Below, one piece after another: positions 39,394-50,296 of a stretch of DNA of 64,000 bases (positions are counted from its first letter, which is position 1; each line of letters opens with the position of its first letter). Location: NCBI GenBank assembly GCA_964188305.1, contig OZ076887.1; one strand, given 5' to 3'. The notes under the pieces were generated by a model. That model had not been told where the DNA came from. It saw nothing but the letters and a program-made list of their open reading frames with translations, and made no database searches. A program made the position numbers and the translations under genes. The DNA is from Podarcis bocagei (Eukaryota).

Positions 39394-40232
39394 TTGTACT
39401 TTAAAAACAGCATCAATTCTAAAATATAATAAATATGTGAAGATTTTAAAATTAAAACAGAGAAGTGAAAGACTCCTACACACTTTGTTGAAATAGAACA
39501 CTCTTAATGGGATCTGCAGGGCATCTATCATAAAAGCACAAGAAAACCCCACTCCAGGAATGTAATTTTACCATGCATGGAGGAGGGGGGAGAGCTTGAT
39601 AGGTTGAAAACTTAACTTAGTGTGTGATTGCTTTTGACACAAAGAACCTTTTCATTGGCCTACACATCCTGCTGCCAGGCAATAGTTCCTTTACCCTACT
39701 GAAGGGTAATCACAGCTGCTTCAGATTAAGTGGGCTACCTAATTCAAAAGAAGGATTCAAGGGAGGCAGCCTATGAAAAGGAGGCATGCAAGGATGAGAA
39801 GGCGAAAGGAGGAGAATTCGACATTTTACCAAAATGTCCTTATGAAATATTTCTATGTCAAAGCAAAATGCATACCAATGATCATAATAATCCTAAAATG
39901 ATGAGAAGCCATAAAGGTTGGGAAAGATTTAGAAGCCTTTTGCTTCTAAAATAAATAACAGGGGCATAGGATAGATGGTGGTCTCTGGGCTACCAAAGTT
40001 GGTTGTTGGAGATAATTTGCAAAGGGTGAGTGCAAACTCAGGCTCAGTCTTAACATCTATTTTTAATGAAAGCACTGTTCGTTGGATCTTAGCGATCACA
40101 ATCTGGGCATGATAGTTAAAGCACTTTATCCAAATGTCTCTGATCTTTTCCCATCTAGAAGGAAATGTACAATAGAATGGAACCTCCTTAGAGCTGAAAT
40201 GGCTCAAGCTGGTTCAAGGAACAGGTTTTTAT

Positions 40233-40286
<54 letters not shown>

Positions 40287-40370
40287 TTATACCCCACCCA
40301 TCTGACTGGTTTTCCCAGCAACTCTGGGCGGTTTCCAACAAAATATTACAAATACAATAAAACATCATCA
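40233..40370 (-). mobile_element. L2-clade LINE extreme 3' end with (AAC)17 microsatellite tail
   Basis: ATTTATACCCCACCCATCTG.CTGG...CCAGC.ACTCTGGG.GGTT.CCAACAAAATATTA is nearly identical to 4719-4785. Confidence 0.85.
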
Positions 40371-41723
40371 AAACAATACCATTGTTGAATCAATATGGAC
40401 ACTGAACCTTTCCACTAGCATATAAAGAAATACTACATTTAATACCATCAAGTCTGATTTTTTAATTGGTACTGCAAATTTTGGATAAAATATAAGAATA
40501 CTGTCACCTGGTGTGCAAGTTATTCAGAATTATTAGATCTTGTTTGTTTTTGTTTTTAAACATCATTAACCTTTCCATTCCTTTAACTACAACATCAGTG
40601 GATGGTTTGGAGACTTCAGATTTCAGTTCCTGCTTTATGTGTCCTATTTGAAACTTCTGCTGCAAATGGATGACTAGCATCCTGTTCCATACACAATGTA
40701 ATTCTTAATACTTGGGTTTAAGTCCATGTAATTCATTATGCTAATACCTGCATCGTAAACACATTTACCTGGAGATACATTCCTCAGTTGGATTCAGTCC
40801 TGTGTGTATGTGGTTAGGATTGTGGTATCAATGGGTTTGTTCCCAAGCATTCCACATTAACTGATTCATTTTACGGCTCCCAAGGTAGAACCTATGATGA
40901 CAGAACATTTAATAGTAAAAGGTTATTTATAACAACAACCACAACACCCCTAAACTAGCTGAAACTGAAAATATAAGTCATGACCTTGGTGTGTGTATTA
41001 TTCCAATCCATTTGATTGGTTGAGCTGTTTCATGCCACCCAACAATTCCCTTATATATATTACTGTACATTAAAACATAAGTTTTGTATGAATCTTTAAA
41101 ACTGAGTAGAATTGCCCCAAGTTTAATAGGACAATTAACATTTTAACTTCCCATCAAGTTAGAAACTGCTCAGTGTCCTCTTCGCTGTGACATTTGTAGA
41201 TCTGAAATATTCAAAAGTTCCTGGGCTGGAGCTTTCCATTTGATATTCCCATCAAAGTGGCCCACATGTCCTGTTACACTGCTGCCATCACAATGACTTC
41301 CTGTTTAATATCAAGCTGCTCAGTAGAATGCCAGAAGCACCCACTCACTGACAGCATGTCTCTTTCAGACACTGATCTAGACCACACGCTGTCAGTGAAA
41401 TACCTATTTGCTCTAATGGATTTGTAGCCCGGCTTCAAATGTCTAGGCCTGATTGGCTGGGATTCAGAAGGGGTTTCACAGTTCCGTAGACAGCAGCAAT
41501 GTCAAGTGAAACTCTGTCGGAGTGCAGCTTAATAGACTTGTTTCAGCAGTAAGTTCCAGTTGATTAGAAGGGGAGTTTGTTTTGAGCTAACCCCACCACT
41601 CCCAAAAATTTATATTGGTACACATGGCAACTCATGTGCAAGGGCTGGTTATTTCCAGTGAGGGAGCAAATGAACTGACTATGCATTTCTGCTCATGATC
41701 TGTTCCATGCATATGTATTAATT

Positions 41724-41836
41724 AGGGGTAAGAAACCCATGGCTCTCCAGTTGTTGTTGGACTCAATTTCTTATCAGTCCCAGCCAGCACAGCCAAGAGA
41801 CAGGCACGATGGGAACTGTAGTCCTGTAGCATCCAA
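41724..41836. mobile_element. hAT MITE (10102 family), partial
   Basis: CTCCAGTTGTTGTTGGACTCAA...CCCAGCCAGCACAGCCAA...GATGGGAACTGTAGTCC. Confidence 0.65.
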
Positions 41837-42833
41837 TGTTAAAAATGTCACCATGCATCCAGAAGATGTGAACATTTATACAATCTTCAGAGTGCATTTT
41901 CATTTTGCCCCTCCCCAACTTTTTGCTGGACCTAATACTAATAGTTTCCTAGTTGCACTAAAAGATAGCATTCGAAAAGATTACCACCCTCTCCAGTCTT
42001 ATGTCCCTCCTATATCATAAAATCCTCACCACCTTTGGCTGCCCATGTCTAAATCATGTCATGGTCTTCCATATCCACAGCACTTTAGTCGTACAGAATC
42101 TACTCAATTTTTAGATGTTTTTCTCTTTCTCCAGTTGAGCTCATGTGCCATGATGAGAAATGACTCCAAGTACTTATCTGCTGTCAGTGTAGCAGCCATT
42201 TGCTAAAACACTGATTTGATTTAGAAAACTGAGAAGATACTTAACTTGGGTTACAAAACTGGCAATCAAGGTGTCGCTAGCTTTCAGCCTTGCTGCATTT
42301 ATCTGAGAATGCCTAACTATCTTGGAAAAGACCCAAGAATCCTGTATAAGCACTTAAGGTTCATATACTAACCCAAACATAATGGATTGTTACTATTTAT
42401 TTATTGTTTATGGAGTTATGATTTGCCAGATCCAGTAGGTTTCTTCCCTGAAAAACATTCACTTCAAGACGCCTTTCCCTATAAAATTATATCCTTTCAT
42501 GAACATTTCCAAATTGGATGCCACTTTTCCCCCCACCCTGGGAGGCTAGCAAAACACTTGATTGCTTGAGATCACAAATGTATGTAGTGTGCATTTGCTA
42601 GAGCACTTGCTGCCCCAGGAGCCCCAACATGAAAGCTAATAATCCCTCAGTAAGGCCCCATAAACTTTTCTGACTGATTGGTGCTTGTCTCTGCCTGATC
42701 ATCTTAAAGGTGTGTTGAGGAGGCACCTGATCACCCTGGACTACTATAGCTGGAGAGCCTTAGATATGATGAGACTGCCAGAGCCCAAGGGTAGCAGAGC
42801 AGTCAGCTGGGAGAGGTCACTTGGATAAAAATA

Positions 42834-42977
42834 ATAGAAGTGTAGAGTTGCAGGGGACCATGATTATCATCTAGTTCAACCCCCTGTAATGCAGGAATAT
42901 TTTTTTGCCTGACATGGGGCTCAAACCCATGACCCGTAGATTAAGAGTCTCGTGCTCTACCAACAAAGCTATCCCAG
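42834..42977 (-). mobile_element. tRNA-Lys(CTT)-derived SINE with CR1-type 3' tail
   Basis: Minus strand reads GGATAGCTTTGTTGGTAGAGCACGAGACTCTTAATCTACGGGTCATGGGTTTGAGCCCCATG (tRNA-Lys-like), then GGGGTTGAACTAGATGA...GGTCCCCTGCAACTCTAC..TTCTAT (CR1 tail). Confidence 0.85.
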
Positions 42978-44279
42978 TTTACCATGAAGATGACTCAAGG
43001 TGCTCACTAGGGTAACATTCGCTGAAGTACTTCACTACCCAAATGAATAGATTCACAAATCTATGCACAATCTATTAAGGTATCAAACTTTTAGAGTCTG
43101 GGGTTCATCAAAAGACACAGGAAAGGGAGAGGTTGATGGTGAATAGGATGTTGTGTTGCACCCCTCCACTGAGCTGCAGGATTAGCACAGTGTGAGAACC
43201 CAAGACCCATTGGGCTGGAGGAGCACATGAAATGACCAGATGTCTTGGCCCATCACTATTGTAATGTATGGGTTTTATTAAGAAATTGCTAACTGTATGA
43301 GTCAGATGGAAGGAAGGAAGCAATTCACTTCTGAGATGGAGATAATAAGCCTGGGCAAATATGTGGTTGGATGCATACAGCATATTAAGGGGGAACTAAT
43401 GTGTGTGTTTAATTACAAGGTACAAATAATGTCCTTTAAAAATTCTGCCTAATATGCTATTTGATGTTTTAATTATGGCTATCAATGGAATGTGGCTCTA
43501 ATATAGGCTTTTCCTTTTAGTGGAGTCCTGCCAGGCTTACCAGATTCCAGATGGTACTTTACTCTGACTCAACGCAGTGCAAATGCTTACCAAAACAACA
43601 ACAGCAACAAAACCAAACTCCTTCCCATGGACGCTCATTCCCCAACTGCCGTCCTGTTAAAGGCTTCTTAGCTAAGGAATATTTGGATTTCTATCCATAT
43701 TTTTACAAATTATGGAAGACAGCAGTTAAACTGTAGGTCCCCTTGCAGGCAGCATGATGTCAGCTGGTTCATCTGCATAATGAGGCAGCACTATATCTTA
43801 GCAAAGCAAGTGAAGAAACATGGTGGAACTAGGGGGTTGGGGAGGAGAAGGCATTCCTGAGAATGTTAGCAGACCTGGCTTGAGTATTGGCATGGAAGCA
43901 CAATTCCATTTAGGTATCTGGCAAAGAAGTCTGGGTGGGAAGAAGATGGCTGGTCTCCACTTCCAAATGATTGTTCTGTTTACAAGTGAGGGTTGTGTTC
44001 TGGCATAGCTGAAAAACAAACAATTGTAAATTTTTTTTGCTGAGTTTCATTCATGATTCTGCCCCCTCCCCCAGCCCACAATAAAACCTTGCCTTTTGTT
44101 TTAGCTGCATAGTGCACCGCTTAAAATCTGCTTCTCTTTGGGGCGGTGGTACAGTAAGGCATATCTCAAAGGAAATTGTCCTTGCACAATTGAGCAGCTC
44201 TCAATTGTTTACAGGGCAAATATCAATTAGAAGGAAGCTGTTCCAGTCGCTATGCTCTCACCCTGCACCTAATTACAAT

Positions 44280-46340
44280 AATGGCTGCTTACCTCTGTCT
44301 GTGAGGAGGTGGTGGTTGCAGCTCAGGGTGAGTGGTGCCAGCAGGTACCCATCCAGGGTCTGGGTGGCTGGGGGAGGACATCACTTCCTCCTCCTCCCTG
44401 GCTGCCCTGGGGTCTAGGGCACACCCACAATGCCAATCAATCATGGGTGAGCTTGTGGACACAGCCTGGGGGGCAAACAAGAGGGAACATTTCACCCGCC
44501 TGCCTTCCCTCTGGGGATAAAAGAAAGCCATGCCTGGGCACCACTCTCAGATGAAGCTTGGTCTCTTACAAAGAAGGACATCTCCAGGAGACTCCCACAG
44601 TAGCTGAAGAGGAGCAAAGTTCTGGGGCCTTGGAAGTGGCTGAAGAGTTTGTTGGAAGCAGGGTAGTAGTGGGAAATGGTGATGGGGAGTGCCAGGTGCC
44701 AGGTGCCAGGTGAGGGAGTTAATCCGCACCCACTCCCCCTCAGGGGAGCATTGTACTACGAGGGTTAAAAGAGGATAATCTCCACTCCCTCCACTTTAAG
44801 TGGTGCTGCCTTACTTGGGGGTGCTTTTAGTAAGTGACCACCTGGACAGAACCTGGGATGAGATACTCCCCTCCCCCTCCCCCACTGGCGAGTCTAGCAC
44901 CACCAAGTGTGCTTGTGGTGAGGGAACCACCCCAGCTCCCAGCTGTGCTAACAGGGCAGCACTTGGAATAGGATACTCCCCGACCACATTAGGGAGCCTA
45001 GTGCTGCCAGTTGCACTTCGGGTGTGGCAGACAGCTGCAGGACCAACAGGGCAGTGTGTGAAAGGGTGTAATTCCCTTCCCCAGCTCCCATTGGGCTCTC
45101 CAGCGTGGCACTCAGGGCTGATTCAGTGACACTGCCTGCCATCGCCTTGCTAACTGGCAGGGGACAATATTTAAGGTAACCCACTCAGTCACAGAGATAC
45201 TTTTACATGCCTTAAGCTTATATATAATTCTTGAAATTGACTGGCAGTTCTCCATTGAATAGGGTGTGGTGCTAGGAGTAGAGATTTATCTGTCTCTCCT
45301 TTGATTGGGCTGTATTGTTGGGATTAATGATTTACCTTATCTCTGTGGCATCTTTCAGATCCATGTTACGCCTTCTAAAAATGTGCTGTTGCCTGTGCAC
45401 TTTGCATTGCCCCCTCCAAACTTGTAGGTGCACCCCTTGTTACCCAGGGGACACCTCATCAGCAGCATCCAGGGCTCTGAGGAGAATGAAGGAGGCCAGA
45501 CATACAGTCAAGAAGACTAAGTGTTTAGCCCTGACAACAGTTGCATCTGCAAAAGGCTCCTTGGCACCAAGCGTACCCAGGACAAGGACTTCCAATTCAA
45601 AGGGCTTCATACAGGCAATGGAGGCTATAACATTGTGCCTAGGCTGCATTGTGTCTCAAAACTGCCTTAGTGCAGCCACCCTCTGCTCCCCCTAAGGCCA
45701 GCAAATGGGGGTGTCAGCATCCAGTGGAGCCTTTGGAGTCCTCCAACTCTACTAGTGAGGAACCACCTCAGAAGAGCAACAGAAAATGCCATCCACACAA
45801 GAAGCAGCATCAGGAGTCCAGCAAATGCCGCAAGTCAGTCAGCGAGGACAGTACAGGTGAGTCATCTTCCTCAGATAGTGATACCGGGCATCGTGGATGG
45901 GTACTGGCTCACTCCTGCCAGGGTGCCATGTTTGCCAGAATAGAGATGGCACAGATGCACTTGCACACCCTGTTCATTTTCTTTTGAGCATGATAGATTC
46001 ATGCTGGCTCCAAAGCACCCCTACAGTTCTGCTGCTCCAACAGACACCCAGACAGAAGGTGATGGGCCATAGCTTCACCCCGGTGATTTTAGGTGAGGTG
46101 CCCTGATTTAATGTGTCATAGGGTAATCTGTAACTTTGGTGAATGCTGCCAAAATAATCAACCAAGACTGATTGATTCAGGATACATATCCCATGCCTTC
46201 ACCAAGGCCTATTGACACCTGTAATTGATAGAGTTGTGGCCAATTCAAATCCCAGATGGTTGTCCAGTGTGTATTGCAATTTTACCAGCCTTGGGCCTGC
46301 CACCCACAGCTTCACTGTTCTTGGGCCCGCAACCTCAATC
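44280..46340 (+). mobile_element. GC-richer degenerate element, possibly a DIRS/Ngaro-like retrotransposon remnant
   Basis: Local GC rise; frameshifted Ser/Lys/Arg-rich ORF pieces (…GESSSSDSD…, VDGYW) and a Cys/His-containing stretch near 46230-46320. No RT or recombinase motif seen. Confidence 0.25.
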
Positions 46341-46961
46341 CTGCGGACCTATTAATTAATTCTTAAGAATACTAAGCTCAAAATGTAAATGCCTGGCAAC
46401 AGGGAAGGAGAAGCCTCCAGGAACAGAGCTGGGTCTTGCTGTCGGCTGTGTTGGCTGAATGAGTGAGATGCTACAAGAAAGAAGAATGTGGGGGTGGGGG
46501 ATGTAGTTGAAAGTCATTAGGAAACAACAATTTCTGCCAATTAGTTATTCTAGTGTTGTTGCTCATTTAAAAAATAAACAACCTTTTGTGCATATTGTGA
46601 GGACATGAGGATATAGCACTGGAGGTCAGTACTTCTGATTGTTTTAGCGGAAGCATCATCACGATTTTGCTGAAACAGACTGGGAGGCTTCAAAGGCCAG
46701 AGTCCAAGCTGAGCGCTGTTTCATACTTACAGGCTGGCGCATGGCGCAGTCTCCTCAGGAGAGTGGATCATTTTAGAATGAATGTGGAGAATGACATTTT
46801 TGAAACCGAATGCAGCTCCACATCAAACCTTCCCTATGTGTGGAAACCGAAGGGATGAGAGAGAAAAACTTGTCAACTCATTTCTCTCTGACATGTTTGT
46901 GCACACACACACACAGTTTGACAGAGAGACCTTTCAAACAATCATGTACGGTTTGAGCAAT

Positions 46962-47033
46962 GCTGCTGCTGCTGCTGCTGCTGCTTCTTCTTCTTCTTCT
47001 TCTTCTTCTTCTTCTTCTTCTTCTTCTTCTTCT
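46962..47033. repeat. (GCT)8(TCT)16 compound trinucleotide repeat
   Basis: Direct reading. Confidence 0.97.
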
Positions 47034-47099
47034 TCGAAAAAAGTTGCTGGCACTCACCATGAAATTGTTGTTACAGTAAGTTCCTCATTTTTAACATTT

Positions 47100-47143
<44 letters not shown>
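47100..47143. repeat. (GT)n microsatellite
   Basis: Direct reading. Confidence 0.98.
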
Positions 47144-47146
<3 letters not shown>

Positions 47147-49040
47147 TGTGCTGGTACTGCAAACCCTTGAGTCCCCCCTCCCAAATAGCACTTGTTTTGA
47201 CCAAGATGGATTCTGGCCCCACCAAAGATGAGTAATGTGTGAAGGTGAGCTTATCTGATGAGTTATAAGGAGAAAATCACCATATGGTGGCATTTTCCTG
47301 ACTTTCTGAGAAGTCAAGGCTTTCTTGTGAATGTGTCACGGATCAATTTTGTAAATACTATTAGGCTGTTTCCCTCTCCCCAAGATCTGTGTCATGTCTA
47401 GGCATAACCTAACTGTGCCTTGGGGATCAATAGATAACTATTGAAAAAAACATAACCAGAACTATATTGAACTGCCGTACCAGCAAAAGGGGCATTGCAT
47501 GAGCTAGAAGTAGGAATCTTGCTAGGGTAAGCTCAGAGGACATAAATCCTTTTACTCACACATTATCCTTACATTTTATTCTGATGAATGCTGAAAGTCA
47601 ATAAGAGAGGTTGCCTTGGAAGTCAACAGCAGAGACATTTTTCTGCCACTCCCATCTCTCTTTCTAAAAGAGCCCATGTTGCTCCTGTTCTCAGTAAGCT
47701 TTTCTTTTCCATTGCTTTCAGCCCAAAATCATTCAGCCCGTCTAGCCCTTAGCCATGTCTCCATCTACTGCCAGCCAGGCATCTGCCTGGGGAGGAGTCC
47801 ACTACCGGCAGCATTCTGGAGCCTCTGTTGGCTTCATTCCACTGTACTGAGTGTGTTCAAACTTTAAAGCTGTGGGACAGAAGTCCCTGAGCACTGGCTG
47901 TTATTTATGCACATGCTGAAGAAAGCCAGGGGGAACCATCCAGCTAGCACAATCTGGTGGTTTTGGCAAGAGACATCATTGGGGATATATATAAATATAT
48001 CAATAGAATCAAGAAGTGCAGGAGGACTTTGAGAAGTCTGCCGTACTTGAGGACCTCAAGGATTTGCTACATAGGGTGGCTCCTGAGTCCCATCTGGCTC
48101 CCAGTTTTAAACTGCTGTAACTCAGCCAACTTTCATCCAACTTCTCTAAAGTGTAGACAGCTTTACTTCTCACCCAAGATACTCTCAATACGAAATTCCA
48201 TAGCAATAGGACATATAATATACGGAACAGTGGGTTGTTTTCGTTTTTTAAAAAAGCCTAGAATATGGTATGTCTTAAACACAAAACTGCTCTGCATTTT
48301 CACATAGCAATTTGGGAACATGAATAATGAAGTGGAAAGGTACGCAGGGCAATATTTCCTGTTCCTTTATGTGGTTATATTTCCATGAGCCCTATCCTGA
48401 TATGTACCCTCCTGCTGTAAAACACAACTAGCTGTTTATTATATCTGTTACAGAACATCTTTCATTATTTATAGAGATTGTGCCTGGAAAGATGGATCAC
48501 TTCTATTCATTCTGGAAGCAATAACAAAGTGATAATGTTTCCGTTTAATAAACAGCGTCTCTGTCTACAAGCAGCCCTGCTGCCTACTTCTCTAATTGTA
48601 GAACTTCATACACAGCCATCAGAGACAGAGCAGATTGGGCTGCCATATTTTATTGGCTGACACACAGGTAAAGGATGACTCTTTTGTTCAGTTCCATTTT
48701 CACTCCTAATGTTACTCTCCGTCATAACCGAACTGTTTCTTGAAATGGATGGCTTAATTTTGAAAACAAAAACAAGTAGCGTAGGTATTCATGAAAATGA
48801 TAGATATTCTCTCATTCTCTCGCTTTCTGCGTTTCTATCTTTCTCTATGGATTACCACAGACCAAAAGGCAAATTCTTTTGCAAAGATAGCCGTGTTGGA
48901 TTTTTGTATCATTAATTTAAATCGAGCAAACAGAAGTACTTATTGGTGACATAAGGGATATTTAATGCTGGTAGCAAACAATAGGTAAACAACCCTAGTA
49001 CTTCCTGGAGCTTGGCAGAAATCTGCTCCATCCATTAAAG

Positions 49041-49180
49041 GAGAGGTGGTTAACCTTTGCCACCCACCTTGATGCTGTCCAACTCCAACTCCCATCAGCT
49101 CCAACCAGCATGACCAGCGGCCACAGATGATGGAAGTCAATTCCAACAACATGTGCAGGGCCACAGGTTAGCCACCTCTA
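49041..49180. mobile_element. Palindromic hAT MITE
   Basis: Terminal inverted AGAGGTGGTTAACCT / AGGTTAGCCACCTCT; flanks CATTAAAG / CCTTAAAC (6/8). Confidence 0.8.
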
Positions 49181-49861
49181 CCTTAAACAGGGATTCTAGA
49201 AATCAACTCAGGGACTCATAGAGACAACATGCTCTGTTAGAATTGTACAGTAAATTAACAAGTGCAATTATCCTATGCAGGTCGTGCCAGTAAGAATACA
49301 CCTTTCTGGCAATAAGAAACAGAAGGCACGATAAATAGCCCATTATCATGTATGACTTGTGATGTCCAGCTATTATTCAAAATAATTATTCTCTATTGTG
49401 AGGATGTACTGTTTAAGCGGAGTTCTCTGTGTAATAATTTCATCTGTAATTATTATTTGTTCCTTTCAGATTAATGCCAGGATAGCCATATTTGATTAAC
49501 TTTCTGCCTTTAACCTGTTGGCATGCAATTATTACTGCAAGGAGAAACAATCCACATCAGGGTTTTCAGGTAGGGGTGCAGGATTGGAGCGCATCTGAAC
49601 AAAAGCTTGAGACCATAATCCAAGATTAGCACCATGACTAGAAGCCTGGTGAACGTTGGAGAAGTGGAATAATATTTCCCCTGAGGGGGCGTGTTTACAG
49701 TCTACTGATTCTTCAGGCCCAGTTAGCAACATCTCCCCAATACAGAAATTCTTGCTTCAGTTGGTAGGTGTGGTGGGCTGGATTTAGCTATTTGAGTTGT
49801 GCAGGCCTGCTGTTGTATATCATTCTGATATTATGTACTGAGCATCACCATGTATGGTATC

Positions 49862-50296
49862 TGTAATGGGTTTAGGGGTTGCTCGTGCGTAAGTTGCCGC
49901 CACTCCTGACTAGGTTACCTGGTTGAACCCTTTCTGACTGAACAGCCTCTAGCATCGTGACTGTCTCAGTCGCTGGCAGAATCCGTCAGTGGGCGTTTCT
50001 TGAACTTCTTCCAGCACAAAAGTTCTTTGACGCCTAGTCTCCGCCTAGTCTCCCTGCGCGGAAGCCTTCTGCGCAGGGAGGGTGTGGGCAGCGGAGGACC
50101 CATACTCTCTCCGCTGGTCTCCGGTGAGGAGTTTTGGAGCCTCCTCTCCGATTCCCCCATCTGCCCCCCTTCTCCACTGGTGTTACGCTGATTTCCTTCC
50201 CCAGCAAATGGGCTGCCCCTCTCCCTACTGGGACCCTCTCCGGCATCCCTCTGGAGCCTTCCCTCCGCCTCTAGCTATGATGGCAGTTCCCTGACA
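49862..50296. mobile_element. Solo LTR (435 bp, TG...CA) with 5-bp TSD GTATC, probably Gypsy-type
   Basis: Starts TGTAATGGG and ends CCCTGACA. GTATC at 49857-49861 and 50297-50301. Abruptly GC- and CpG-rich. Confidence 0.85.

Noticed and set aside
42905-42977. Functional tRNA-Lys gene
   Set aside because: Degenerate D and T arms, and it is fused to a CR1 tail, so it is a SINE head.
45359-45856. 498-nt in-frame coding exon
   Set aside because: The splice signals are good but no single reading frame stays open across it.
24080-47075. Naming a host gene from the candidate N-termini (MN-R/S, MKLLL-H/Q, MRQP)
   Set aside because: The peptides are too short and I do not recognise them; any symbol would be a guess.
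46782-47144. ORF with poly-Ala/poly-Ser (and poly-Arg on the other strand) as a protein
   Set aside because: The open frame is explained by stop-free microsatellites, and there is no recognisable domain.
47578-47605. Hammerhead ribozyme core (CTGATGA...GAAA)
   Set aside because: No stems I or III and no cleavage triplet in register; no Penelope context.
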